Shown one piece after another: positions 29,395-40,857 of a stretch of 64,000 nucleotides of DNA (position 1 is the first letter of the stretch; the number at the start of each line of letters is the position of its first letter). The position numbers and the translations under genes are program-made. Source of the DNA: a virus. Taxonomy: Duplodnaviria; Caudoviricetes. Location of the stretch: the IMG/VR virus record IMGVR_UViG_3300027759_000005, positions 1,843 through 65,842 of that record; one strand, 5' to 3'. A model generated the notes under the pieces. That model was not told where the DNA came from and ran no database searches. It saw only the letters and a list, made by a program, of their open reading frames with translations.

Positions 29395-31005
29395 TTAGTA
29401 TGATGATTCAATATATTCAGCAGAAACTGCGTATAATTCTGATTTATCATTGTTATTATGATCACATTGAAATGTTGCGTTTGCAAAAAATCCTTTTACA
29501 CCAGAGATATATGGTTGACCCCATATTATTTCGTTTTCACCAGGTAAAGAAGTGTTTAATATATTTGCAAAATATTTATTTTCTTTCTTTTTAAATCTAT
29601 TTTCAAACAATTGATCTTCTAATCCAGATAAAGTTGAAGCAGAAATATATTGTCTAACAGGAACTGATATGTCTGTTTCTGTAGAGAAATCAGGTAAAAA
29701 CCAATTCTGTGTTCCTTCGTAATTAATAGTTAAGAAAGATTTAGATTCTGAAACATTAGGGTTAAAAACAATAGAAACTTTTGATGGATATTGAACTCCA
29801 TAAAAATTAGATTTGTTTACTGAAGTTGAATAGTGTTTCCATATAGAACCGTTTTTAAATGTATATAAACAGTTTCTTAAACTAACACCGTCATTTGGTA
29901 TAAAACTATGAAAACTTGTCCATCCAGAACTATCTTCATCAAAACTTACTGTTGCACTATTATCTTCATCTATGACTAATATATTAGAAACTGTTTTAGT
30001 AGGTTGTATACAAACTACATATTGTTTGTTATGTATATCCCATATTCCATAAACATAACCATTCTGTAAATTAATATCTGAAAGTTTATCTCTAAAATAA
30101 TCAAACATTCCATAATCAGATATTTCAGTTATACCATCCTGAGATAATCTTAAAACAACGTTTTGATAAGTGTCTACAAAATATTTTCTATAACCATATA
30201 CTGCAAAACTTTCAGGATGTTTTCCTATACCATAATTACCAGCGTAGGTTTGAACTTGTCCTATTACCTCTAAACCAGAAGTTGTCATAGGCATACCATC
30301 AGCAGAGTAAACAGCACTTTTATCTATTAAAGCTCTACTTACTTTTAATTCTTGAAATACAGTTAAATTCGTATCTTCAGCATATAGTCTTTGTATAGAA
30401 CCATTTGCCGGATCTAATGTTCTTGTTATATCTTCTGCTACAGAGAATTGATTAGTATTGTTAATGCCAGTTCTAGAATTAAATACACCAGAATATATTA
30501 ATCTATTTATTAAATTTTCTCTTTGATTATTTTCTTCTACAACATAAGCTTTTACACCTAAATCAACACTTGTATTATTATAACCTCCTCTTATTCTTGA
30601 TTCTTCTATGTACCAATCTTGTGACGAACCTCCAGTAGCTGTTATGTATTGACTTGGTAAAAAATCATAATCAATTATTTCACCTAAATATATAGTTGTT
30701 CCTGATGGTACACTAACAGTTAGATTATTATATAGTGTAAAATACGTATAAGTGGCATCTGATGTAACATATGTAACTATGTTTTCATAATTAACTCCAG
30801 TCAAAGTCCAACTTATACGTTGACCTGGACCATACAAAGTAGGATCTGGCGCAGATGCTAAAGTAACTTTTAAATAGTTATCACCAATTGAACCAGTTCC
30901 TGAAGTTGTTATTCCAGCGGCAACAGTAGGACCAACTTTCGTTATACTGTCTATTTTTTTTAACCAAAATGAATTATAATATTTTATTTCTATAGTTGCT
31001 GCCAT
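29395..31005 (-). CDS. tail stabilisation/muzzle protein, C-terminal part
   Basis: LIYSG.FNS.TG.N..NQF, LDP..GSIQ.L, DTNL, YGIG.HPESFA, RLS.DGIT.IS (crAss-like muzzle motifs). Confidence 0.7.
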   Translation of the reverse strand: MAATIEIKYYNSFWLKKIDSITKVGPTVAAGITTSGTGSIGDNYLKVTLASAPDPTLYGPGQRISWTLTGVNYENIVTYVTSDATYTYFTLYNNLTVSVPSGTTIYLGEIIDYDFLPSQYITATGGSSQDWYIEESRIRGGYNNTSVDLGVKAYVVEENNQRENLINRLIYSGVFNSRTGINNTNQFSVAEDITRTLDPANGSIQRLYAEDTNLTVFQELKVSRALIDKSAVYSADGMPMTTSGLEVIGQVQTYAGNYGIGKHPESFAVYGYRKYFVDTYQNVVLRLSQDGITEISDYGMFDYFRDKLSDINLQNGYVYGIWDIHNKQYVVCIQPTKTVSNILVIDEDNSATVSFDEDSSGWTSFHSFIPNDGVSLRNCLYTFKNGSIWKHYSTSVNKSNFYGVQYPSKVSIVFNPNVSESKSFLTINYEGTQNWFLPDFSTETDISVPVRQYISASTLSGLEDQLFENRFKKKENKYFANILNTSLPGENEIIWGQPYISGVKGFFANATFQCDHNNNDKSELYAVSAEYIESSY

Positions 31006-31038
31006 ATTTATTTATCACTTGTTTTTTTATATTATTAC

Positions 31039-34000
31039 TTAACACGCAGCAAATGTAGCGGTTCCACCATCTGAATAACTTAAAGAGTCAACATGTACAC
31101 ATGGATATGTACCACTAAAAGCCGCACTACCAACGGTTACACCAGGATTTAAAGTACCTCCAATTACAGAATAACCACTTCCCGAATCTGCTAAAGCGTT
31201 CCATATTATTGGTGTTGCGCCTGTATTTTCTAACTTCCAACCTGTTAATAGTGGAGACAGATATTTAGGCGATCCAACGTTACAAGTACTAGCACTTGAT
31301 GTTCTATTTGGTAAGTCGTAGGTTGTATTTTCACTAATAAAATCTACGCTTATAGATCTTCCAGAAGGTAATACTCTTATAGTTCCAACTACATGTAGAT
31401 TTTGGGCAGGTGAAGCATCATCAGTGCCTTGATTATTTTGTATATTAAAGTCTCCTTGAAAATTTTCTGCTGATGCCCAACTTAACCATCCTTGATAAAA
31501 ATAAGGAGATTCACCCATAGTAGTTGTACTTAAATAAGGCGCAGCATAAACATCACTTAAAGACTCATAATCAACAACTCTTACAGACGTGTTTGCTACG
31601 TCTATTGTTTCTCCTGGGAAAAACTCTCTCCAGAAATTAAAAGAACCAGATATAGTATTTCTACGGAATATATTAGGATGTATTCCATCACTCACTAATG
31701 AATCCCACTCTTCGCAACTATTTTCACCAATAGCTCTTATAACTGTTAACTGAGTATCAGCATATAAAGAACCTGCACCAGGAGAGTTTGTACCGTAATT
31801 ATAAGTATCTGTTAGTCTAATATCTAATGTATAAGCGACGTTATTTGGTATTGTTACATCCAACAAACTAATTATACCCGTATTTTCATTTATACTAAAG
31901 TATGTAGCATAATCACTAGGAGTAGAAGTATTCAATAAAGTCCATCTTAATTGTTGTTGATTAAAACTAGGATTACCCGTTATAGCAGGAGCACCATTAG
32001 TACCAACGCATTGATATACCGAACCCAATACAGGTGGATTTGCTAAAATAACATCATATAATGGAGGTACAGGTACAGGAAGAGTTGGATCACTTATAAC
32101 AGGAGTTGAATTACTTAAACTACCTGTTTTAGTTATAATACTATTACCATTAGTTACGTCGAATAATCTAAATGTAAATATATAACTTTCTCTACTTCCA
32201 GCGTCAGTTAAGAAATTAAAGGCATTTTTTATTCTAATAGCGTAAGTATAAGTCGTTTGATTAACTAACTCAAAATTGCTAGTTCTATCAGTGCCTGTTA
32301 AATCTTTAACGGTCATTGTTATACTGTTAACTGTAGTCATCAATGCTCCTGAAGCATTAACTGGTTGAAAGTTATTTGTTATAAATCTAGAATTCATTGC
32401 TCCAGGTGTTGTACCAACGCCATTAGGATCTTGAAATTCATTATGTGTATATACAAAAGAATTAAAATCAACAGCTGAATTATAAACCTTTAATACTGCC
32501 TCGTTTAAATCTGATATAAGACCTGCGGTCGATGTTTCCCAAAATAATTCAAGAGATGAAGTAACTGGAGATGTTTCATAAACACTCAAGAAAGGATTCA
32601 TCGTATAATCAGTATCTGGGGTGCCTGCAGTTGTTGTACTTCCTATAACACCTATCTCATTAACCGTAGATATTCTAGCGATTATAGGTGTAGTACTTAA
32701 TTGATATAAGTTATTAGAAGCAGTTCCATATAGATTATTAGGATCATTTGTAGGCAAGAAATTTAAGTCATTTGCTGAAGATATAGTAGAAACTACATCT
32801 GGTTTTCTTGCTGGAAAATATTGTCTATTAAACGTTATAGTTGAATCTAAAGCATTTTCTACTCTACCGAATAGTTGAACGCTACTTCTATATTGTTTTT
32901 GATCTGGACCAACTTCTGTTAAATCTCTAGGTATTTTATTTATATTATCGTTTATTAAAACAGTGTGTGCTGTTTTATTTTCTTCGTCACTTGGGAATAT
33001 AGTTGGATTTGCCGCTGCGGTTGGCCAAGTACCTGGACTTGTTGTAGTTTGATACATTGGATAACCATTTAACAAACCTGGTAAATATACATTATAATAG
33101 TCTTGTTGTTGTTGTCTAACTACTATTTTATATGAATACCAACCTAATGGATTGATCTTATAAGAATATTTTATATCAGGACTAGATCCTGTTAAGTTAT
33201 AACTTTCACTTATATCTCCATTAGTAGTAACAAATATGCCAGTTACAGTTGGAAAACCAAAAGTAGCAACGCTGATTATTTCTACATAGTCTTTATATTT
33301 TCCTCTTAAATAATTTCCAGGTTGTGGATAATTTCTTTGAGCTGGTGAAGCAACTAAGTTACAAGAAAGAGTATTTCCTATAACCGTTGAAGTACCAGAT
33401 ACTTGAAAACCATTTGTATTCCCTTGCACACCATCAACTATAGCATACAAACCTGGAGTACCAGCTCCTTCATTTATATTTGAGACTATAGGTGAATTAA
33501 GTATTAAAGCCAATGTATTACCTCTCCAATCTTTTACAACTAAATCGTCAGCATCAGCAAAATAAGGAGAGTATATAGTTGAACCAACAAAAGTAGTACC
33601 ACCAGAAGAAACAGTTAAATCATTAGACGATAATATAACGGAAGATTGTCTTCCAAATTTATCTGCTAATATAAAACCTGCTTGGTAATTTCTATTTTGT
33701 TTAAGTGTATGGTTTGGGTATTCTACCCAAGAACTATATGGTGGTTGTTTTTTTATTACCGCTAAATTATAATCTAAATTAGCAGGAGGAGTACTTTGAT
33801 TTATATAATTACCATATATAACTCTATTTCCAGATACCTCTTGAGCTCTAGCTCTAATTGGTACTTTATCATAAACTCTAACTGTTTGAGCTTCTGGTAA
33901 AGTTTTATATGGTTTTTGAGATTTATAAGTATAATAATAATCTGAAGTATTACCAGCGATTAAAGATATTTGATTCAAAGATACTGTTTCTATTACTTGA

Positions 34001-35187
34001 GTTGCATTTGAATCAGATTCTTTATATAATATATCTAAACTAGCGATTTTATATGAGTTAGTGATATTGTTTCCTGTGTCAGGTAATTGTATATGTAAAA
34101 CTATATTATTTATATAATTTTCAAACCAAGTAACAACAGTACTTCTATAAGCATCTTGTTCGTCTCCATTTAAGAAATAACCATTTTGATTTGGTATAAA
34201 CATAACCTGTGTAAATGGTGCCATTAGAGAATACTCACCATCATCAAATTTATATCTATAACTAAACCTTACGAATTTATCTTTTAAGAAATTAGGATCT
34301 CCAGACCAGTTTGGATTATCTGCTTGGTTGGACATTGTTGTACCATAAAACGTCAAACTACTACCAGATGGTATACTAACTGCTGGCGATCTTTGAGGTA
34401 TTGATATTGTTATAGTAGTACCAGAAATCCTAGTTATAACCGCATAGTCTATTACATCTAAATTATTTGTTGGAGTAACAGATGGGTATAATAATTGCAT
34501 ACCCAAACTTAATTTAGCAGCATCTGTGCTAGATAAATTAAAGGACATTGATTGTGGATTTCCTGTAGGACTAGTTGGTATTACGCCTACCGATGTCGTT
34601 GTTACAGGTATAACAGAATAAACACTCATTGGTGTTACAGGAGAATATTTCGCTACTGATATTTGTGATTCTTCTGTGTAATAACCATTATTGTTAATGG
34701 CTGTTTCTATATTTATTTTTCTAGGTTGATTTCTATTATCTGTCCAAAATAATAGATTCTCTAAAACATTAGCGCCTATAATTCTAAAAGGTTGGTTTGT
34801 TGCTAAATTTAAAAAACTACCAGAAACTAAAGTTGTTAATGTACCAGAAGAACTATTAGGTACATACATTGTTATTCTCATATCAACTGTAGCGCTCAAA
34901 CTTGGTGGAGCATATAAGTCATTTTCAGGTGCAGTATAATCTGTCCACCATTGAAAAACTCTATTGTTTTGATTATCAGCAACTTTACCAATACAAACTA
35001 AATTTGAATTAGTTGTATCAACCATAAATTCATTACCAAGAGAACCTTCTAAAGCTCCAACATCTTTATCTTCTGCTTTACCAACAGATATATTTAAAGC
35101 GTCTCTATACTGTCCGTTTGGAATAAGTCTATCGTCTAGATCTTTATTCATTTTAGATTGTAAGAAACTATTTTTTACTTCAGCCAT
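31039..35187 (-). CDS. tail stabilisation/muzzle (nozzle) protein, N-terminal part
   Basis: KMNKDLDDRL.P.GQYRDALN, LLFWTDN.NQPRKIN, FVRFSYRYK..DGEYS, GNRVIYGNY. Confidence 0.75.
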   Translation of the reverse strand: MAEVKNSFLQSKMNKDLDDRLIPNGQYRDALNISVGKAEDKDVGALEGSLGNEFMVDTTNSNLVCIGKVADNQNNRVFQWWTDYTAPENDLYAPPSLSATVDMRITMYVPNSSSGTLTTLVSGSFLNLATNQPFRIIGANVLENLLFWTDNRNQPRKINIETAINNNGYYTEESQISVAKYSPVTPMSVYSVIPVTTTSVGVIPTSPTGNPQSMSFNLSSTDAAKLSLGMQLLYPSVTPTNNLDVIDYAVITRISGTTITISIPQRSPAVSIPSGSSLTFYGTTMSNQADNPNWSGDPNFLKDKFVRFSYRYKFDDGEYSLMAPFTQVMFIPNQNGYFLNGDEQDAYRSTVVTWFENYINNIVLHIQLPDTGNNITNSYKIASLDILYKESDSNATQVIETVSLNQISLIAGNTSDYYYTYKSQKPYKTLPEAQTVRVYDKVPIRARAQEVSGNRVIYGNYINQSTPPANLDYNLAVIKKQPPYSSWVEYPNHTLKQNRNYQAGFILADKFGRQSSVILSSNDLTVSSGGTTFVGSTIYSPYFADADDLVVKDWRGNTLALILNSPIVSNINEGAGTPGLYAIVDGVQGNTNGFQVSGTSTVIGNTLSCNLVASPAQRNYPQPGNYLRGKYKDYVEIISVATFGFPTVTGIFVTTNGDISESYNLTGSSPDIKYSYKINPLGWYSYKIVVRQQQQDYYNVYLPGLLNGYPMYQTTTSPGTWPTAAANPTIFPSDEENKTAHTVLINDNINKIPRDLTEVGPDQKQYRSSVQLFGRVENALDSTITFNRQYFPARKPDVVSTISSANDLNFLPTNDPNNLYGTASNNLYQLSTTPIIARISTVNEIGVIGSTTTAGTPDTDYTMNPFLSVYETSPVTSSLELFWETSTAGLISDLNEAVLKVYNSAVDFNSFVYTHNEFQDPNGVGTTPGAMNSRFITNNFQPVNASGALMTTVNSITMTVKDLTGTDRTSNFELVNQTTYTYAIRIKNAFNFLTDAGSRESYIFTFRLFDVTNGNSIITKTGSLSNSTPVISDPTLPVPVPPLYDVILANPPVLGSVYQCVGTNGAPAITGNPSFNQQQLRWTLLNTSTPSDYATYFSINENTGIISLLDVTIPNNVAYTLDIRLTDTYNYGTNSPGAGSLYADTQLTVIRAIGENSCEEWDSLVSDGIHPNIFRRNTISGSFNFWREFFPGETIDVANTSVRVVDYESLSDVYAAPYLSTTTMGESPYFYQGWLSWASAENFQGDFNIQNNQGTDDASPAQNLHVVGTIRVLPSGRSISVDFISENTTYDLPNRTSSASTCNVGSPKYLSPLLTGWKLENTGATPIIWNALADSGSGYSVIGGTLNPGVTVGSAAFSGTYPCVHVDSLSYSDGGTATFAAC

Positions 35188-35192
35188 TTTAT

Positions 35193-36419
35193 TTAGTGTT
35201 TAATCCATTTAGATTTTCCTCTTAATACTTGAGTAATTTCTTCTAATTTAATATTAGATAATCTTATTTTTGTATTTCTTAGTTTAGCGTTTTTTTCTTG
35301 TTTTAATCTAGCAACAAGATACTCTGGTTGATTAGCGCGGGTAGATATTATAGCATGTAGTATATAAGCATACATTGCTTCTTCTGCCATCTTAGGTACT
35401 CTAGAGTCTAAATCATAAGCTAATCCATCTGATATATACTCTAAAACAATTAATCTACCTATTAAATTACTACTAAAAGATATTTTATTCTCTCTATCAT
35501 TCATAGTAAAATAACCATTCATGTTAGAATACTGCGGATCTAAACCATATCTTCTACCATACCAAGCGTTTTGAACCCACATATCTCCATTATACCAATC
35601 ACCATCGAACTGATCATAACTATACATCCAAACTTCATCATTGTTCTTTTTCCATCTTAGTTCTGTTAATGAATCACCTTCAATATTAGAACCAAAATTA
35701 TCTTGAATTGGAATACCATCATTATCTTGTATAGGATTATCGTAAGGATTTATTGTTAAATTGTTTGTTGGATATATTATATGTTTTACACCATGATGAT
35801 CTATCCAAGACATACGTACATAATTAACATAATCTTGTGGTAAAACAATACTTAGACTGTGAGGAATATTAAGTTCTACTGATTTAATACTTTTTAAAGT
35901 ATCATAACTAAACTCTTGCATACTTCTTTTAGCGTGGAATATAACATCAGTTCTTTTAACTGAGTTTATAAGTTTTCCATTTCCAACGTATCCAACCATA
36001 AAGTTATTAACTATATCGTTTAAGGATATATAAGCATAAGAACCATAATTATCTTCTACTGTATCTCCATAAGCTTTTTCCGAAAAAGTAGTACCATAAT
36101 TACCTCCGTCTAGAGTTTTTAATTGTACAACTACATAAGTACCAGTAGGTAAAGCAGATGGAAATGTTATTAAGTTGTTTACAACTGTATAAGAAGAAAC
36201 AACTTCTGAAAAAGTACCCGGAAGTCCAGTTGTACTAGTGTATATTTTAAAATTATTTAAAGCGTAGTTGTCGTTTGATGGATTATAACTACCAAAAACT
36301 AAATCAGTATTGAAAGTTGTTAAGAATTGAGTTTGTCCAGCTTGAGATATAAAACCTTGTGCTCCTTCGTAATACTGTCTATTTGTTTCGGTTATTAAAC
36401 CGTTATTTGGTGTTGGCAT
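35193..36419 (-). CDS. tail ring/adaptor protein
   Basis: LPQDYVNYVR, IVLEYISDG, LR..KIRLSN; position after MCP. Confidence 0.65.
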   Translation of the reverse strand: MPTPNNGLITETNRQYYEGAQGFISQAGQTQFLTTFNTDLVFGSYNPSNDNYALNNFKIYTSTTGLPGTFSEVVSSYTVVNNLITFPSALPTGTYVVVQLKTLDGGNYGTTFSEKAYGDTVEDNYGSYAYISLNDIVNNFMVGYVGNGKLINSVKRTDVIFHAKRSMQEFSYDTLKSIKSVELNIPHSLSIVLPQDYVNYVRMSWIDHHGVKHIIYPTNNLTINPYDNPIQDNDGIPIQDNFGSNIEGDSLTELRWKKNNDEVWMYSYDQFDGDWYNGDMWVQNAWYGRRYGLDPQYSNMNGYFTMNDRENKISFSSNLIGRLIVLEYISDGLAYDLDSRVPKMAEEAMYAYILHAIISTRANQPEYLVARLKQEKNAKLRNTKIRLSNIKLEEITQVLRGKSKWIKH

Positions 36420-36425
36420 AGTTTA

Positions 36426-37139
36426 TTAGCTTTTTGAATTAATGTTTTCACTTTGTATTTGCTGAGCAGCCGCTTGTACTATTTGAGGATCTTTTATGAT
36501 AACACCAGAATACAATAATATTCTAATTATTATATTAGTTTGTTCTGTAGGATGTAGATCAAAATTTACAGATCCAGAAGGATTGTATACATAGGTATAG
36601 TTTGGTGCAGATGACGTAAAATTCCATACTGGATCGTATGGTTTTCTAATATAAGTACATTTTATATCACTAACAATGGTTGAAGGATATACATTTATTT
36701 TAAAGTTTTTATATGTATACACTGGCCAATATAACGAGGGTTTTGTTATAGGTGATAAGTTTAACTCAAGTAGTTCATTTGGTTGAACGTATTGTACTTC
36801 TTTTTCGTCTTTATATACAACAGTTCCTAACTTATAAAGTTCGGGTTGAGGTGATGAACTAGGTATATTTAATTGAAAATATCCAGAACCATAAGTACAT
36901 GGTGCTTCTTCTTGAAATATAGCTATTTTTTCTTCTAAATTTTTAACACGGTCAGCATATTCTGTGTCGTTACCTTGAACACGCAAATGTTGATTTAGAT
37001 CTTCAAAGTATTCATTAAAGATTTCAAGTTGAACTTGAGTCGCCGTTTTATTAAATTCATCAGGTGTTAAATAACCTCTTTGTTCTTTATTAAGAATTAA
37101 TAAAACAGTTCTATAAACTGTATTTACATTTACTGCCAT
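36426..37139 (-). CDS. head-tail adaptor/ring protein
   Basis: LNKEQRGYLTPDEFN...Q, YIRKP..P.W motifs; position. Confidence 0.65.
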   Translation of the reverse strand: MAVNVNTVYRTVLLILNKEQRGYLTPDEFNKTATQVQLEIFNEYFEDLNQHLRVQGNDTEYADRVKNLEEKIAIFQEEAPCTYGSGYFQLNIPSSSPQPELYKLGTVVYKDEKEVQYVQPNELLELNLSPITKPSLYWPVYTYKNFKINVYPSTIVSDIKCTYIRKPYDPVWNFTSSAPNYTYVYNPSGSVNFDLHPTEQTNIIIRILLYSGVIIKDPQIVQAAAQQIQSENINSKS

Positions 37140-37216
37140 ATGTTATTTTTATTATAATAATTAGGCAGTTATTGCAGTTTTAAATACAATAACCGCCTAC
37201 TTATTAGTATTACATG

Positions 37217-38092
37217 TTATTTAAGTTTTTTCTCTATAGACTTGAAGATTAACATACCTTCATCTGTCTTGAAGAACGCCGCCATAGCTGAATATGGATT
37301 CTCATCAAATGGCACTGTCATTAATTTTCTATCATTTTCACCCCACATGAAAGTTCTTTGGTCATGTGATAATTTTATGATATTTCTTTCAGTAGCTATG
37401 ATAGCAATGTTTCTTAATTGAACATTTTCATCATTTGCTAATTCTAAGAATAAAGAAGGATTTCTTTTAGCTAATAATAATAAATCTCTTTTTATTTCCT
37501 TAGAACTCATATTATTAACTCTAGAACCAACTTCTACTCTAACTATCGCTTCAGCTTCATCAATGTCCATAGAAAAAGCAGCATTCATTGCTTCTACTTC
37601 TAATTCCATTTGATCTAACTCATCTTCTGCTTCAACCATAGGATCAAATTCAATATATTTTTTATTTAAACCTGGATGATATAATGATAATAGTTTTTGT
37701 AGATTTTGTTTTTCTTTTGGAACGTTTAATATTCCATCTTCAAATATAATGTGACCTAAAGTTGATTGTCCTTTTTGTTGACTAACTAAAGGTGAATTTT
37801 GATTTGTTGCGTATCTTAACTCCTCTTGTTCTCCTGTTTCTTTGTTAAACCATAATAATGGGTATCTAAGAGAATGTCTACTTTGAAGAGTATATGTTAT
37901 AGGAGATGTACCATCAGCTATAATATATGTTCTGTCTTTTATTTCCCAAGTAGGTTTTACTGGTTTTGATACGTTAATTTTTTTATTTATTACTTCAGTA
38001 GGTTCATTGACTTCTATTTCATTAACCATATCAATTTGATCTACTGTTGTTTCTAATTCTTTTGCTTTTGTATTTTGTTTTTGAATTGCCAT
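37217..38092 (-). CDS. conserved hypothetical protein downstream of MCP
   Basis: Long ORF in the structural operon. Confidence 0.7.
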   Translation of the reverse strand: MAIQKQNTKAKELETTVDQIDMVNEIEVNEPTEVINKKINVSKPVKPTWEIKDRTYIIADGTSPITYTLQSRHSLRYPLLWFNKETGEQEELRYATNQNSPLVSQQKGQSTLGHIIFEDGILNVPKEKQNLQKLLSLYHPGLNKKYIEFDPMVEAEDELDQMELEVEAMNAAFSMDIDEAEAIVRVEVGSRVNNMSSKEIKRDLLLLAKRNPSLFLELANDENVQLRNIAIIATERNIIKLSHDQRTFMWGENDRKLMTVPFDENPYSAMAAFFKTDEGMLIFKSIEKKLK

Positions 38093-38117
38093 AATATAAT
38101 ATAATTTAATAATTTTT

Positions 38118-38165
38118 AAAAAAGGTAATAATTACCCCTACCAAAACCGCAGGGGTAATACTACC
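38118..38165 (-). terminator. terminator after MCP
   Basis: TTACCCCT...AGGGGTAA stem; A-run on + strand reads as U-tail on - strand. Confidence 0.6.
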
Positions 38166-38172
38166 AGGTTTG

Positions 38173-39636
38173 TTATGCTGTAGCTGTGAACAATACGAAG
38201 TTGTTAGCAGCTTGAGTCACTAAACATCTTTCTGATAAGAAGTGAACTTGCATTGCATCTAAATCAGATGTGTAAGCTCCTCCAACAGATCCAGTGATCC
38301 AGTTTTTCATACGTCTGTCATCAGCTTGGTTAGCTCTATAACGAACGTGTAAGAATGGACGACGGATGTTAGTTCCTAATTGTTGATCGTAAACTGTAGT
38401 AGTACCAGCTGGAATAAGAACTCCATCAATACTAGATACATTCATACCACCACGAGTAGAAGCATCGTTTAAGTATTTCCAGTCAGTTTTGTAGAAATCG
38501 TAAGAACCTCTTCTGAAACCAGAGAAACCTAAGTTTAATGCCATTTGCTCAGAGTTTTCAAATAATCCGTAAGCAACACCACCAGCAGCACCAGCAGATA
38601 AAGAAGCTAACATATCATCGAAATCTAATGAAGTAGCTCTGTTCAAGAAGAACATGTTTTCTTCAATAGCTCCTTGAGTATCTAAGTTTTTCAAGATTGA
38701 ATCAAAGTCAGATAAACCAGATGCAGCAGTAAAGTTGTTAACTACATTTCCTCTTTCTTTGATAGCAGAGAAAAGACCTTGAGTACCTTTAATTTTAGCA
38801 GCTGTTAATGTTGCGTTAGTAGCTATTTCACCTTCAATAGACACCATCTCTAAGTAATCTTCAAAACGTAAACGAGTTTCAGATTCTGCTTTTAAATACC
38901 ATAGGTATCCACTAGCACCATTTTCAGTAGCAACTTCAACCCAACCAATTTGAGCTGTATCAGATCCAGAAATTTGGTATCTTTCTTTGATAATAACAGG
39001 AGAGTTACTATATTGAGTAAATGATGGAGTTACAGAGTTTAATGTATCATCTGTAGTACCTTTTTTAAACTCAGAACCATAAACAAAGATTTTAATATCT
39101 CCAGAACCTACAGCTGTAATAGGGAATTGTACTGTACCTGTTGTTAAGTCTGATTGAGTATAAGGTTGAACTGTAAGAACAGCAGGGTTTGTAGAGCCAC
39201 CAGTTCCTGTAGTAGCGTTAGCAGTAGAAGCGGTAACATATACTTTAAGTTCTTTTCCTGTAGTAGGACTCATAACTACTAAAGTTTGTCCAACAGAAAT
39301 AACGTTATTAACGAAGTTAACACCAGTACCACCAGTAGCAAAAGATAAAGTATTAGCAGCTGTTACAGATACGTTAGTGTAAGCAATGTGTAAACGGTTT
39401 TGTTCAGACCATACGATTTGGTCAGAAGACATAGGCATTTCAGCACCTACCATACGTAAGAAACCAGATAAAGTTCTGTTTCCGTAACGCTCTACTTCTG
39501 CTTCGTAGATCTCTGGTAAATATTGTTGCGCGAAATCATTACCACTTCCGTTGGTAAAGTTTAAATAGTTTGTGTCTAAAGCTTGTTGCTTTTGAGACGG
39601 TTTAATAGTTCCAAATTCTGGAAATACATTTGCCAT
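38173..39636 (-). CDS. major capsid protein
   Basis: QQYLPEIYE.EVERYGNRT, WSEQ.RLH, LGFSGFRRGSYDFYK; follows scaffold; strongly biased codons. Confidence 0.85.
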   Translation of the reverse strand: MANVFPEFGTIKPSQKQQALDTNYLNFTNGSGNDFAQQYLPEIYEAEVERYGNRTLSGFLRMVGAEMPMSSDQIVWSEQNRLHIAYTNVSVTAANTLSFATGGTGVNFVNNVISVGQTLVVMSPTTGKELKVYVTASTANATTGTGGSTNPAVLTVQPYTQSDLTTGTVQFPITAVGSGDIKIFVYGSEFKKGTTDDTLNSVTPSFTQYSNSPVIIKERYQISGSDTAQIGWVEVATENGASGYLWYLKAESETRLRFEDYLEMVSIEGEIATNATLTAAKIKGTQGLFSAIKERGNVVNNFTAASGLSDFDSILKNLDTQGAIEENMFFLNRATSLDFDDMLASLSAGAAGGVAYGLFENSEQMALNLGFSGFRRGSYDFYKTDWKYLNDASTRGGMNVSSIDGVLIPAGTTTVYDQQLGTNIRRPFLHVRYRANQADDRRMKNWITGSVGGAYTSDLDAMQVHFLSERCLVTQAANNFVLFTATA

Positions 39637-39647
39637 AATTGTAATTT

Positions 39648-40826
39648 TTAATTGTTAAATTTTTTTGTTTGAATTCTTAGTTTAGAAGAATCAAATCCAC
39701 TTATTGATTTAACTTTAAAACCATTAACAAAAACTTCTCCAGGAGCTTGTCTTGGTTGACCTAATGTTGGGTTTTTAGAGTTGTTAATAACCTCTTTAAC
39801 TGCATCTGCTTTACCTTGTTCGTAAAAATGTTGTGCAATTTTATCGGCATTCATAGCGGAGTAAAGAGCTTTATGGTAACTCACTTGATCAGTAACATTT
39901 CCATCTTTGTCTAGGAACTTCCCAACAAAATTACTGATGTCAGATTGTTTTTCAGCAACTTGATCTGGATTTTGAACGCCGTATCTAAATCTCTTATCTC
40001 CAATATTGTATTCAAAACCTTTGAAATCTTTGTTAAACAAGTTTTTAGTTTGCGTTTTAAATCGCTCGTGTTGCACTTTTGTTTGCTCTTCGTTCTTCTT
40101 GTATCTGTTGAAAAAGTCATAAGCTTCTTGGTATTGTTTATCTACATTTGAATTCAACTTGATTTCGTCGTAGTATTGTTCTTTAACTTTTTCCAAGTAC
40201 TTTTTGGCTTTTACAACTTCTTCTTTAAAAGCGAGTTTCTTTTTTCTAATATCTCGCTCTTCATCTAAATCCTCGTCGTAAGAAAAATTGTCTTCTAATA
40301 AAAAATCAATTTCACTTACATCCAAGTGTGGTTTAGTATTTTTATAATATTCTCTTAATAAAGTATTTTCATCTACATTAGAATAATCAGTATTTAATCT
40401 GATATAATCTTCTATTGTACCGCCAGTTTCCTCCATAAAAGTAACTAATTTCTCAATATTTTGTGGTAGAGGTTTTCCAGCGTTTATATGTTCTTCTACT
40501 TGTTTTTCAATATTTTCAGACTGTTGTTTTATTTCGTCTTCTGTAATTTCTTGAATAACATTTTCAAAGGACCCTTGGTCTCCTTCTCCCATTTCTTGCA
40601 GTTCCACTTGGGGTTGTTCTGCGCGTAACACGCTTTCCTCTGTGCTTGACTCTTGAACGGCATCTTCTGGTGTGTTTGGGATTATTACTTTTTGAATTTC
40701 TTGTTCTTGTACTTTTGGTTCATCTAATATCTCTACCTTAACCACATCATTTACTTTATTTAGATTTCTAGGTTTTTTAGGTTTAGACATTTTAAATTCA
40801 CCTTCTTGTTTAATTGCTTGTTCCAT
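39648..40826 (-). CDS. capsid scaffold protein
   Basis: Acidic, coiled-coil protein between portal and MCP; HFYEQGKADA. Confidence 0.7.
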   Translation of the reverse strand: MEQAIKQEGEFKMSKPKKPRNLNKVNDVVKVEILDEPKVQEQEIQKVIIPNTPEDAVQESSTEESVLRAEQPQVELQEMGEGDQGSFENVIQEITEDEIKQQSENIEKQVEEHINAGKPLPQNIEKLVTFMEETGGTIEDYIRLNTDYSNVDENTLLREYYKNTKPHLDVSEIDFLLEDNFSYDEDLDEERDIRKKKLAFKEEVVKAKKYLEKVKEQYYDEIKLNSNVDKQYQEAYDFFNRYKKNEEQTKVQHERFKTQTKNLFNKDFKGFEYNIGDKRFRYGVQNPDQVAEKQSDISNFVGKFLDKDGNVTDQVSYHKALYSAMNADKIAQHFYEQGKADAVKEVINNSKNPTLGQPRQAPGEVFVNGFKVKSISGFDSSKLRIQTKKFNN

Positions 40827-40857
40827 GATATAATATAATTTAATAGTTATTTTTTAT

